From Laetmonice hystrix (Eukaryota), in NCBI GenBank assembly GCA_965235115.1, contig OZ249436.1, positions 26,848,001 to 26,912,000 of the forward strand: DNA of 64,000 bases. Reading direction: 5' to 3'. Under the pieces are notes generated by a model. It was not told the DNA's origin, did no database searches, and saw only the letters and a list, made by a program, of their open reading frames with translations. A program made the position numbers and the translations under genes. Shown here one piece after another: positions 11,847-25,800 of this stretch (the first letter of the stretch is position 1; every line of letters begins with the position of its first letter).

Positions 11847-12459
11847 CAGTGGCGGATCCAGGGGGTGCATGGGTGCGCACCCCCTCTGAATTTTCAATAA
11901 TAGTTATTCTCTGTTCTCACATGCCAGGCTTTTGCTTTTTTGAAGAGGGGGCAAAAAATATTGATAGGCTAGGCCTAAATGCTTTAAGAAACTTCACAAT
12001 TTCTATCTCCAGATGCCGGGAAATAGCGTTGTTTAGCCTTCTAAACAAAAAAATGCCCCCCGCATGTTACTGGTAGGTTATCCCTAGATGCGAAACGTGA
12101 CAATTTCTATCCTGATGCCAGGAAATACCGTCTTTTTGCCTTCTAAATTCAAAACTTTCCTGGGGGAGGACCCACCACCTCGTGCGCATGTTATTGGTAG
12201 GCCTAGACGCTTTGAGAAACTTCACAATTTCTATCTCCAGATGCCGGGAAATAGCGTGTTTTTTGACCTTCTAAATTCAGACATTTCTGGGGGTAGACCT
12301 CCAGACCACCCGCACATGTTCGCCTCGCGCCTTCTGTCCACGAGCCCCCCCCCCCCCCCCCCCCCGCCTTTCGTGCAGTGCTGGATCTGTGTCTGCTGTA
12401 TAGACCTACAGTTGGCCAAACTATGGATGCCCCCCTTGAACTTCCTGGATCCGCCCCTG
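11847..12459. mobile_element. Non-autonomous DNA element with CAGTGGCGGATCCAGG-type TIRs (hAT-like CAG...CTG ends) and ~110-120 bp internal repeats
   Basis: CAGTGGCGGATCCAGG at 11847 pairs with CCTGGATCCGCCCCTG ending at 12459. ACAATTTCTATC...GATGCC(G/A)GGAAATA recurs at ~11996, ~12100 and ~12224. No matching 8-bp TSD. Confidence 0.65.
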
Positions 12460-12783
12460 GTATATTACATATGTCTACATGTACTTATTATTATTATGCA
12501 TTGTCAGAATGTGATCAGCTTTGTCACAGATTGAACCTGAACTGTAACCTGTCCATACCTGATCGGGCCTAGTACACACCTAGCGCGCATGTCTGGATAA
12601 TAGTGCCCAGTGGGGCTCTAGATCAAGAGGGCATTTTTAGAAATTAATACGGCGACACTATAACTGCTACATTATGTGCGGCCCCCCTCCATGGTGGATT
12701 GGCCACTTTGGATGCCGTGAAACCAGCTGCTGACAGGTCCGATTATAGAGTGATGGATGACCGCCCCATGTGATTGTCACGCG

Positions 12784-12986
12784 CACGTGACGTCACAATA
12801 ATCACGTGGTTCCGGCGTGTGTCACGGCGCGTGCTCCGCAGAGCGCATGACGGGAACGATTGCACTCACGTGTGACCGATCAATGCGAGACGTATTGTAC
12901 ATTTCTCCGGCGCCCAGTCGGAACACGGCTATCATAAACCGGTCACCTTTTGTTTCCACTCGGCCAGTCAGATCTGAAATCACGTG
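12784..12986. promoter_or_regulatory. Cluster of four CACGTG E-boxes with an overlapping CRE
   Basis: CACGTG at 12784, 12803, 12867 and 12981; TGACGTCA at 12788. Function is inferred. Confidence 0.4.
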
Positions 12987-15714
12987 TTTGGATGAAAAAC
13001 ACCAATAACTGCCAGTGTTCTCTACCTTGCAACATCTCCTTTTATCTCTATAGTCTACCTGCCAGCTAATCAGGCTACTCAATGGGGTTATTGTCAAAGG
13101 CAGACGATTTTTACTGAACCGTGTCATTTGCAGAGGTCATAAAATGACTAGTGCTGTACCAGTGCCGACTATTGTCGTACAAATTGAGGCGGGGCTGTTC
13201 CATTGTCCTGTGCTCACCCCCACGTATCATGTCTCATAAATCTAAGAACCGAATGGAAGGATTATGAAAGCTCGCTTATCACATTATATTGATGAATGCT
13301 ACATTTTATGGACCAGCGCACCGGTAATGGACGGTATAAACACCGTATTGGCCGCAACAACGAGATCAACACGAGTGGAAAATCAGTTAACAGCACACCG
13401 TAATGAATTAAGTCTGAGTGTGTAGGAGGAAGGCAGCAATTACGTGAAGAACGGGGCAATATGTACTTATTAGGCGCAAAGGAAAGTACAGTTATTGCGA
13501 CATCGATTAAAATCGTTTTGCTGTGAAAGACACCATTAACGAAATTCGTGCTCTAAATTTTAACGACTGTTATTGAAAGTTCAATGGCATGATACGCGAT
13601 AGTGCACTATTGTTGGCGCGCGAATCGCTCGACTTTACTTTGGGCGACAACGGGCCTGTCGCCCACGGATACGAAGACCCGCTTACACGAAGGTTGTTTA
13701 ATCACTCGGCAGAGTAAGCATGCGTGAAGTCAAGTATTGCAGACACGCCGTCAAGAGAGGGGAGGGTGGGGTGGCTGTCGGCGAAACACGAACCGGACTC
13801 GTGGGACAAATACACCCAAACATGTACCCCTATACCCGCCGGGTATATATAGGTCGACGACCATCATTATTACAAATATTCCCCTCCAACGCTTGCTATA
13901 GTAAACTTCGGTGGGAAAGTTGAGTCTGCCCCCCCCCCGGCCTGTTGTATCCGTGAAAAGTTCTATAAAGACAACATGAAATTATCGGAACAATTTTCTT
14001 AATTTCCCAATTACCAACGCGTGAGCTAGCCCGTGAGTGGCATGTGAGGAGGACCGACCGCATGCCTACTGTACATGCTTTCCTGAAATTCTCAGGTGAT
14101 ATATAATTACATCTTTATTGTTTTCATAGATGCTGAGAAAATTAGAATTGAGGTTTGCGAACAAAGGCATTGAACCTGACATTTTGATGATACCACACTA
14201 GCCAATAAATTACTACTTTGCACGTTATTGTTTACTGAACAAAGTCGTTAGCTAAAAGGACATCTGTAATCTTCACAGACAAATAAAAATATCATAAAAG
14301 GTGTTGGAAAAAGGAAAGAATATTGAAAACAACTTTTATGATGATGATATTAAGGTTTCTTGGAAAGGTAACAAAAGCATATTATTTTGATTGGGCTTTA
14401 TAATAATGATGTATAAACTAGCGATCACCAAACATTGCTAGAATATCATACTTGTGTGGTCTGTTCTTTAGCATTTCGGCAGAATTTCGTTCCTGTTCGA
14501 ACAAATATACATGGACATATTATTAAACTAGATTATAATTCAGCAGCTAAAAATAACTAGAATGGTACCACCACTGTCTCCTAATTGCGTGGAGAAATAA
14601 AAGAGTAGTACATCAGATGGCAGATTCTTGCTGGCAAATTTCATTTACAGAATACACTTCTGTGTGGAATGGTAGGTAACTGCGCATTTAATCGTTCTGA
14701 AGTTTTGAAATCGTCACGTTCCAATTGTTCAAGAGACGACAATATTACAGAAAAAGTTTAACCCTCCCAAGACAAATTAACGTTGCTGCATAACATTGAG
14801 GATTCGCCTGTTGAAACATAAAAACCTAATATCCTAATAAACCGCATAATGCAGTCATTATGATATATATGAATGAAGTAATATAAGAGATTTGCATTAC
14901 TTTGTCTTTTTTGGATGGGTTCCATGGTACTAAAATGTTGAAGCATGGGACCTTTTGAGTGGCAAACTACCATCCTATGCCAAGACACATAGAGATTTAA
15001 AAGGCGACTTTCTTACAGAGAATGTATTAATGTGGTGTCACACGCTCACCGAATGAATAGAGCAGGTCAAAGAGCAGTCGTAGTCGGAGGTGCTTCTTTG
15101 ATGGACCATTCTAAACTATATCGATAACATTCATCTTGGCTGACCGTGTGACTTCGCATACATGTACAGGTGAAAAACATGACGCACTGATTTATGTATA
15201 AGGTATGCTTTAAGTACACATAGCTTTATAAACGCCGTAATCTATATACATGTATAACACGCTATTCATGGGTGTGTACTTCTAAAGATTCTCCTTGAGT
15301 ACTGCAAATTGATGTTCATCTTGACTCTTGGCAGAGTCAATGTAATTCTGACGATTTCGCACTCGCGGAGTGTCCAGTAAAGAGGTATAGTGTCATGCAG
15401 ACTTGTTATAGCACTCAAGTCTAACTATATAAGAGTAAGGATGAGTTTGTGCTGTAAAATTTTGCACTTGTCTAGAAGAAAGTCAGTCGAAGCTAGATGT
15501 AGAAATGCTGATAGGCTCTGGCGACGAGAGTGCTGCATCAGGGCTGGGAAGGCAGTCAGTCTGCATGGTTTAACACTTCTTAATAAGGAAAAGCCCATGC
15601 AAGAATTATGCCCACCCTGAGTCTATATAGATGACCTTTGAAATTGACATTTTATAGGATCAATGTACAGAGAATATAGGCCTGTACCGGTGTCCTATAT
15701 CGAGAGTCCAAGTC

Positions 15715-15945
15715 CCCTTGAAATGCAGGTCCGATGGACCTGCTATCATGAATTATAAGTCCGACGGACCTGCATTCCATGAACTTGATTTTGTAGTATT
15801 GAAATACATTTCTTCATAATCCTATCCCAGATCCTAACCTTAACCCTAATCCATTTGTATTTTTTTAATTATATTATCTTATACGACGAAGTTGATGACC
15901 TAGGACCTGCATAACCATGGAATCCAGGTCCGTCTGATCTCCAGT
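15715..15945. mobile_element. Small inverted-repeat element with a central CCTAAC-like tract
   Basis: GACGGACCTGCATTCCATG (~15764) is inverted at CATGGAATCCAGGTCCGTC (~15916). GGACCTGC/GCAGGTCC motifs repeat. The central tract reads CCTAACCTTAACCCTAA. Confidence 0.55.
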
Positions 15946-16480
15946 CCAGCAGACTTCCATTCCTTTCACATTGGCGTTTTAATAGTTCATCTTTGAGAAT
16001 CCACACTCCCTCTGTCATAACTTACTCATAGACTCCGTGGTGGTTTCTCAATGTCTGTAAATTTTGATGCTCCCCTCGAATATTCATGTTCCATTGAAGT
16101 CACAAGAAGTCTAGGCTTCAGTGAACACGAACAGATTCGCAACGCGGAACATTTACAACGGGAGATTTCTTTCAAATACTCGGTAGAAAACCAGTAATCA
16201 ACAACCCCCGGCGTCCTTAATATCTCATTATAATAGGATTCATAGGGTATATTTTCAGACCGTAGCCAGACCGTAGAAAAACAGAGTAGCGCCCCGTGTA
16301 AAACAAGACGCTCATTCTCCCGGAAATGTTCTCTTACCCCTATAACTTACCTACCATCAGGAGGATCGAGACTGCCTCATGTCCTTCGCGCTGGAGAGGG
16401 TTCTGTAGCCTATTAATAATAGACACTATCATTATGTTATTTTCATAGGATATGTTAGTTTTTACGAAGGGGGGGGGGGT

Positions 16481-16827
16481 CCAATCACGTCTTACAAATG
16501 TTGTAATCAATGCGGGTGTCTGCTGGGAACCAGGCAACCCCACATTGATTGCGTGCGAACAGCCGCCATCTTGGTGACGCGCCGTTAGAGGGCGCCCTCC
16601 GGTTGCCTTCCTTCGTCTTGGCACAGCGCTATCAGTTTATGCCGCTTGGTTTTTGTTTCTAGCCTGAAGTGTACTGATTAGGCCCTCAATTTGGCCGCGT
16701 CCCCTCAATTGGCCATAATTAAGAAGCTATAACGACCTTGGGTTTGAACGCGCCGTGCACGCCTCCCGGACTATCATTGATTTGCCGCGATTGTTGTCTT
16801 CGGTTCGGCCTACAGGCCACTTCCGGT
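16481..16827. promoter_or_regulatory. CpG-rich segment with CCAAT, YY1, CTCF-like and ETS motifs
   Basis: CCAATC at 16481; GCCGCCATCTT at 16562; GCCGTTAGAGGGCGCC at 16581; CACTTCCGGT at 16818. Confidence 0.35.
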
Positions 16828-19800
16828 CCGAAGGCACGCCAAAGTAGCACGGAGAATTGGCGGCGGGCGCTGCTTGAAAACACAGACCACCTACTTTTGG
16901 GCGTTTTCCGAGGGGGAGGGCGCTGTTTTGAAGCCACGGCCCTGCCGTCTATAGTTTGCCGTGGTAAGGTCCGCAGGGCGCTTGCGTGTCTTGCAAACGG
17001 GACCGCAGCACTATCGGTAAATAGTGACCATTAAATGCGGGCATTAAAGGACTAATGACACTTGAAACAACGAGGAGTGATGATTAGTGGGGCATTAAAG
17101 AGTAAAAATCACAATACCCGTCTCAGGTTGACGCCGACGTCGCCATTGCACGCGGTAATGAAGCGCGCCCAAACGACAGTGCCGCTCTCTGCCCGTGGAA
17201 CAGGCCAAGATGGACCTTCAAATTAGCCCGACAGAAAGTGAAAGTCCATTAAGTATACCTCAAGCAAATTAAACTCATCCGTGATCCATTTAACACATTT
17301 GCCAAATTTGTCGAAATATTGGACCGTGTGGATTATTTCCGGGTCAGTGGAACTTTTGCAGAGCGGTTGACTTGGCAGAAAAGGCGATCTTAAAGCAGCC
17401 GTGATATTGGACTGGTGGCCTGGAAAACGAGCATGCCTAATTACACCGCCTGTCGTGTTGATAAGTCAAGCACTAAAATGTCCACAGGGATCCATGCTTT
17501 AAGCAACTTTAACGGTGGTATATAATAACACACTTTGAAACACATCCTCTGTGGGGGTTTCTCGTGTCATGTCGCCTCCTGGTTCAGTGGTGGAGTTTCA
17601 CGGAGGCAAGATGTGAAGATGGTTATCTGAACAACCAGTGTTGATCAGGGGAGGGAGGAGTTTGTGTTAGGTCATCAGTGAAAAGGCATACGGAGGAACA
17701 ACGCCCATCAATGTCGTGTATGCAGAGGTGGACAATGCCTGCAGCTATGGGCATTTCTTTGTACTACTAAGAGCTGATATTTGCGTAGAGCTGGTAGCGA
17801 TATTTGCAGAAAACAAACATTTTCCCGTGAATCTCGCCCAGAGCCGCAGTGATTTGAGGTAGAATAGTTTAGGTTCTGCTCACAACCTGGAAAGTCTACA
17901 ACATGGAAAGATTCTGAGGTGAACTAGACCGTATTAAAGCAGGTACCTGTGTGTGTGTGGTACCAGCGTATAGGTTCACCTAACAACTCACAGACTCTGT
18001 AATTGTCACCTTCCGCTGTTCTTTGCTTGATGATGACGAATTAACCTTTGCTGTGAGTCATACCTCGTGTTGCCCACTTCGTGCATGTAGCGGCCATAAT
18101 TACCACTATGTCTTCCCCGATTACAGAAGCGGGCCAGAAGAAGTAAATGCTTTTAATTGTAGTCAATTACCCATCCAGGAGGCATTAAATGGGCCTGACG
18201 TTTGTTTTCTTTGTTCTTTGTCCGATTGTTGGGACGCGGGTATGTTGTGCGGAAAGGCTGGCCTTGGCCACTGTATCCACCTGTGATCTTTAGCCACGAC
18301 AACACGCATCGAGTGACGCGAGCCCAGCAAGGCGCCGGATCCGATCACGCCATTCAAGTATTTCAGGTAGACGTCTTCTTAGATCTAAGACAACAAAAAG
18401 ACTTGCGATCCCCCGCACCCCACCGTCTTGCCAACCACGTATATGTATACCTGAACTTTTGTCTTCGATCGAGCGACTAGTCAGTCTAGTATCGCCGCAC
18501 CCACAATCAACATCACTTTATGGCGATGGTAAATAGAGGGCAGCATAAATGGTTGCTTCCTTGTCTATCATGTTATTAATAGAGATGGGGGCGTTGTTTG
18601 TGTTTAATATTTTCGTCCACTTTCATTCTTTTTTCAAGACCAGTACGCGTTTGAGATGATCCCTGCATGAGTCAACTTGACACATAATTTTATTCAAGTC
18701 TCAAGTCAAACAGAACTTTTCGAGAATTAAAGAAAATACTAAAAAAAAGATATCAAGTCGACTGGAACTTTTGCTCTTAAGTTCGGACCTTAAGTGAGAT
18801 ACGAAAATCAATAATATGTTCCATTGAATGATGATTGATTCGGCAATGCTTCTCTCAACACTCAAACCCTATTCCCATTCACATTTGTCAAGGTGGCATG
18901 CTTCCGTTGAAAAGTGCGGCAGAGACGGCATGTACCTACATTATGTCCTTACTGACATTCATCAGTCGTATGTACAGAGTCCTTTTGCTTGAATCCCTCG
19001 CTCGTCGCTTACGCCTCTCCTTCAGGCGAAGGAGCTGGCACAAGATGGTAAAGTCGTGTAAGCGCCTCAGCGATGTAGTCTGGGCCTAATCAGTGACGGC
19101 CACTCGCAGATAAGGGGGTTGGGCTCGTGTTATTGAATGACAGTGATTTTCAATCGGTTGCGGCCTCAGATCCAACTTTTCCCTCTCCCACCCTCATCTT
19201 CTTTTGATTCCAGGGCCGGCATCTCCCTCGAACACCGTGGTCAATCATCTCAATTTGCCGCCGACTTCCTAGAACTTCCTTCCTAAATAATACCCTTCGG
19301 AGCGGCAAATCGAAGGTGTTGACTCGAGGGGTTTGCAAGCATAACAAAGGTTTATTCTGGTTTTGGACAGCGGTATGCAATTGTTTGGCCGTCAGCTATC
19401 AACGGGATTATCGACTCTCGCCATTCAGTCCCGGACCACTTCATTTTGGCTTTTTCAGAGCCATAAAAACAGTGCGTCTGGAAGCAGTCGTTGAACGCCC
19501 CATAGTCCATACTTTGCCAGCGGAAGCATAATCTGTTAATGGTTCCATCAATTTCAATTTTTTCTAATTGGTCCTGACACCTTTTAATCAGCTAACACGG
19601 TGCACGATGATTGGCCGGTCGATTTGGATGCTCATGCCTCAAGCATCAAAAGACGTTCATTAGAAGTGACGCTTGAAGCGCCACCGCTCTCGTATTGTGA
19701 TGACGCTGAATGCAAACCAATAGCGTATTTGTCTACTGGCCGCTAGCCTCCACAAACACTTTCCCTGGTGGAGTCTCACTTCGGTTCTTCAGGTTATTTC

Positions 19801-22800
19801 ACCCGTGTTTCTCGTTTTCTCTGGTCCTCTCAGTTAGAAAGATGACGAGTATTTTGCTGATTCTGCTGAACTACTTATAGAAACCCTGCTGTTTTATTTA
19901 CTGCTGAGAAGTATTTTACTGATCACTTGAAGAGATAGACTCTCTCTCTCGGACTATTATATAATAATTGTTGCATCATACGCAACTGTACAGATTGTAA
20001 TCAAGAGCATCTCACCTCTAGTGGCTTCTCAAAATAATGAGCCATAACAACTGCTCAACTCGAATAGGTTCATGTTCACCGCACTCGTAATAAATGAAAA
20101 AGTGCATATATGCATTGCATAGCGAATATGATTACGGAGAACGTTTTCGTGGATGTGGAAGTGGTGTTCAACCTATAGATTTGAAATGAAAAATGACAAT
20201 TCGCAAGAACATAAAGATTGTGGTCCATCCAGTCTTTCCAACATCCAAGAGGAAACCAGACTTCCGCCACGAAAAACAACAACAAACAACCTTGAAGTTA
20301 ACTTATTTGGTGTCTTCGGTATTGTTACAAGAAAATAAGCATAAAATGGAGTCAATGAAATGTTGTAAGATGCTTAACAAAGTCTACATACATTATAATA
20401 CATGATCATTGTCATAAACTAAAGTACCCAGTTTATGGAAACCATGATTGCTTTTGTAATCAGGTATTCGATAATTGCTTTCGTAACATACAAGGCCGGT
20501 TATTTCAAAAACTTGGCAGATGTAGACAACTATCACTTTTTTACAATGGTGATAATTGTAAAATCCTGCCTAGTAACTCGTTTTTCTTTGGGGTTTTTAT
20601 ACCCCTATACGTACTCTACGTATTCATATACATCTTATAGAACAGAGGCCGTGAATTTTAGCTTTGAGACTCTGACCACTACCAGCCCTTAAATAGTTTT
20701 TGAACACCAGTGAAATGAGTAAGGACTTTCGCCCTACTATCTAAAAAGAGTCGCAGTGATAAATATTCAATATGTCTTAATTCATCTCCGAAGAGAATAA
20801 AAGTAATATAGTAAAGAATATGACGAACACGACTGCAAATTTTGCCTCTGATGTACTGTTCAGGTCGGGTCGGTGCAGCTTCAGTTTCCCACCGAACCAT
20901 ACTCTACCACACGGTGCGCTGAGCTGCCACTTCGATGTTAATAACTTTGCTGCTGCTGTTTGTACTCCGACATAGCCCCCATTCCGTGTTGGTGCGTGCT
21001 AACCAATGTTTACATACGCCAGCTCCGTTTTCACGCTGTCAGGAAAACGCTGATAATAAACGTTTGGAATTTCAAATTCAATTTCCTCCCGGGACGAAGT
21101 CGCGCTGACGATTTGCTACAGATACACACGCGTACCGTGTATCGTGCGGACACCACCCTTGTCCGTGCATAATGAACACTTGACACAACGCCATTGAGAA
21201 GGGAGGAGAAATCAGGCGCCTACAACAATCATCAACCCAATGGAAATGTACTCTATGGATGCTAATGTGAAAATCGTCTTTTGATAATATCGGTTTCGCT
21301 CGAGTATAAACTTTCATGTTAGCATATTGTGTGGTCGATGTTATTTATACTAATGAGAAAACGAGAGAAATTCTGACTGGGTTACGATCAACTGATTATG
21401 TCCTCATCTGTTTACTTGTACGACCACTTGGATCTACTTTCATGTTGACTTTCATATTAAGTGCTTATACGCCTTGCTTTAGTGGAGTCCCTGGCTAAAT
21501 ATTTTGGAGAAGGCTATTCGATTTGAGGACCAGGCATTCTTTGTTAATGTACCCTTCCATTTGGATGATTTCAAGCGAGTGTTAATGTAGTTGTATGCCG
21601 CCAGGGGCTGAGGTCTGAGTGAGCCTCAGGCCCTCAGCGGGGGAGGAAAGCTCGCACATACGGCAATTAATTTGGACTGCATTGGGATTCATCGGGGTAG
21701 AAGTAATCGGATGAAATGAAGTTCGTCTGCCCAGAACGAGCCACGCGTCACGGACCCGACCGTGTTTCTCGTAATACGGACAAATATCGGTACAGCGACA
21801 ACAGCGGCATGTATTTTAGCCTCCTGCCTTTCAAACATTAAGGAGCCTACCGGTGAGGTCCATTTGAAGGCGGTTTCCCGCGAGTCCCCGTCTCAACCCT
21901 CGCCGTGTGATTTCGACTTTGATGTGAAAGGGACCAGATCCGTTTTGATCTCTGAGAGTAGAAAGCTGGGTCCATGGTGAGGAATGGTTGGTGTTGTGGT
22001 GTGTGTGTATTGAGAGGGGCTATGGTCGAGCAGACGTAGTTGTTTCCACAAGGAAGGAGAGTCGTACCACTAATAACCATCGCTCACCGTATCCCGACAC
22101 GGGACCACAAACTGTGAGCCCCACTTTGATCCCATTGGGAAACCATCTACGTGCCCCTTTTTTCATTCCTCCCCCGCGCCATCTCACAACCACATCCCCG
22201 ACAACACCGCCGCCGTCTTTAATGAAAACAAAATGAAAGCATACAAATGAAATCAAAGTGGAAAGATCTCGCTACCGTTAAGTATTTTCCGTCCATTGAC
22301 TTGCAGTTCGTCATCTCCTGCCTATATTCGCCCCCACTCCGCCCACCTGGCGGTCTCCATACACTTTATTAATGATCCCCACGACTATGCTCACAGGCAC
22401 TCCCGTTTTCTACAGCCGACGGAGAGCGTATGGACGGATAGTTCATTAATGACTAATTGGCAGACTTTGTGCCATGCTTTCCGTGTGATATAGGAAGTCT
22501 GCTTCTTAGACTCCATACTCTCTGCGGCACGTGCTCCTCGCAGGGGGTCCACGGCCGCCGACCCACACGCCGGCGGCAATATGTTCAAGGTTGCCTTAAT
22601 TATACGCCTACAAGGTGTGCTCGCACAATATTTGAACGGTGTTTTCCAAATACCTCTTCCTCAAAGCGCCTCTAGGCCGATCGGGGCATCAAGGATGTGA
22701 CAATGTGGAAGAATACCGTGCGATTGTCGGCCGTGTCTGCTTTGATTAGGTCGGATTCGGAGGCCAATCAGTTATAGGGGGAGGGGGAGGAGGGAGGGGC

Positions 22801-25800
22801 AGTGGGAGAGTGGACGACTTGCCGGCGGCGACCTAGGTATAGCAGCCGCTGAGACTCACTCACCGCACGTTTACGAGCCTCGGCCCACTGCTCACTCCTC
22901 CCTCAGCACCCGGCGCCGCAAAGCTTCACGCTAACCCGAAGCAGATTACCTCTGCGCAAGAAATGAGTTTCACAATATTTTGGCCCGAGTTCTAATAACG
23001 GCACCGCGACATCAATGGGCTGAGTAGTCGCAAATGAATTACGCACATCGAGCCTCATGTCAGCGCCTTTCCGTCAGCACCGTCGGTAAGCCAGACGAGA
23101 AAACGGGAGATGGGCAGCGGCTAAGCTGGTGTGAAATGAATTACATCGGCTGGCGAGGGCTTTCATCTGTCTGAATGCGACCATCCAGAACACACGCTAC
23201 AAAGTACGCGTACAAGCCGGATTGGCAACGCACGCAGTCGAACGCATTTCAGATATGAACATCTTGCAAACGAACGTGTTTCATTTTACCACATCTCTTT
23301 TATTGATTCGTCGGTTGGCCTGATAAATCTGTCATCAAAAGGAATTGCCACTGCTTAGCAAAGCTTCTACAAAGTTTGCTCTGCGGCTCCCAAATGTTGT
23401 TACTGTTCGTTCTTGTTTCAGAACAACCACATGTAGGAAAAAAATGTTCAACCATTATTTTTGTTTTTACTCATCATTATGATACAGATACCTGAATGAA
23501 ATTGTTCTGAGCATATTGTCATACTGATTTCTGAGACAAAAGGTGACATCTATATACACTATAAAGAGGTCGTGCTACAGGTCTCCAGTATTGACATGGT
23601 GTCAGCATCATGGGCACAGGTGTGCTCGAATATAATTACCACCACTACATTTCAACAGATAACTTGTCAGCACTTTCTGAACTACCTTACTCGCCCGCCT
23701 CAGACTATAGATGCATTATAATTTCACCTTACCTCAACTGGCTACTTGAGAAACCATTTGGACAATTCTACTTTATCAGAAACGCCTGACTTTGACCAAT
23801 ATTTCCATGTACTACTTACTCTCAACTGTCAGTCGGCCCAACCCTATAGGCTTATAGCTTTTTTGTTTGGGAGAATTTTATGTACCAAATAGTATTCACG
23901 AAGATGGTCCATCCGATAAAAGGACAAACAAGTAGAAAACACGTTGACCGTATTTTCTCTTGGATCATGTGAGGAAAAATACCATCAGAGTAAGGCCTAA
24001 ATATGTCTATTGCTTTTTGTTAAACTAATTCTGATTCAGTAATCGCGTGCGGGTCGAGTTATTATCAACGAGTATTGTTATAAACATTCAGCATACATCC
24101 CAATCTCCCCTTATCCCAGGTATCAAAGCAGCAGGTCCATTATAATCAGGACGACTTGGCCTTTTACTTTGACAGTTTGAACAATGAAACTAAATGATAG
24201 AGTACAGCCATTCAGTCTTGCGGGGTCTGGTGAGCACTGGGAAATGCACGAACATGCAACACGTACTCAGTAGCCGTCAAACCCGAGCTGGGTTTCACGG
24301 AACCCCCGCTGTTCCATTTTGAAACATTCTAATGTTTCGGCCGTCTGTCAGTTTCTGTATTCCCACACACAAATTCAACAAGAGTTCGCGTGGTCGAAGT
24401 CATGTGCAACAATTTTCATTTCCCGTTAAGCCTTGCACCCCTCGATCTTTCCCCGGATTCGTGCGTGAGCACCATATTTTCAAACAGAGACTTGATGAAG
24501 GGGATAATTAGTTTGTTAATGACTGCTGCACGTTGGCTGTGACGAGGAAGCCAATAAGGGAGTTCGGATACGTTGGATGTTGTGCACATTGCGTGACTGG
24601 CGGTCGCCCCTCGCCGGGATGCGCACGGCAGGAGCCCGGCGTGCCAGCGTCAGCCTCTCCATTTGCAACTGTTTGAAGTTAACGCAACTAGCGCACTTTT
24701 GTCTCATGAGTGGCTTTAAAGCCGTGTTGGCAAAGCTTGTCAAAGACTCATATAAAGACGCCCCGCCTGGAAAAGAAGCTGAAAGAGCCCTGCTCACGAG
24801 ACGAGCGGGGGCCCTTGTTGTCTGCTCTGACGCTGCCGACGCTGCGACGTTACGTTTGAAGCTCGCTGTGTTCTTCTGCTACGGAACGTGTTTGGTGACG
24901 TCAATGCGAGTCTTGCAACGAAAAGCTGATGTAGAAAACGCGCACAACAACGCCCATTAGATCTGTTTGGGGAGACCCTTCAAAAAGGCCGTCGATGTTG
25001 TCGCTGTTGTGGTGGTGTGATAATCTTAGAAAGAGGCAGGTGTGTAGGTGGATCTGGAAGACGAGGAGCCATGTAACAGAGGTTTACAATGACCAGTCTG
25101 AAGGCAGTTGTGAGGCGATGGAACAGTGGAATTACGTCAATAAGGCCATATTTACTCCTATAATATTATTATTGCAAAGGAAATAAATAGTCTACTTATT
25201 TGTATACACGCATATATACACATGGATTTACAACGAAAACATAATGATACGAAACCTGGTCAAAGCCATGAGGTATAGGCAAAATTCATTATGGGGAAAG
25301 TTCTTCTCACGGCCAGAAGCTACAATTATATAGGTAATAATAGGCATGATAATGTACTCATTATAGTCATAATGTAGCATTGGGAATGAGGCATCAGGAG
25401 ATACATAAGAAATACATCTGAAATTGACGCACCTGCTTAAATATTATTTAATCATGTTCATCCCTTACCTAAATTTAGCATTTAATGCACATTGCATAAC
25501 ACAATGTTCACACCATTATTACATATAAAATTATATAAATGCTTATTTGTAATTTATTCATCTTGCACATGCACTTCATGCCGTCATTAAGTTGCAGTCC
25601 CGCCATGAATATGTAATATAATACGTGGTATGGTTCCAGCAGATGGAATACCTTTCCCGTATCTGATCGGCTTATTATATTGTCAAATCTGACCAATCCA
25701 ACCGATTCGATAATCCCCTTAGCCAAGGGCCATCGTGAGTCCGGATTACATTATTTCGCTAATGTGACATATTGGTCGGCTCCCCACAGAGGCCATGAAC

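Noticed and set aside
17571..17610. tRNA or SINE A-box-like GGTTCAGTGGT
   Set aside because: No B-box (GTTCGA) or cloverleaf follows.
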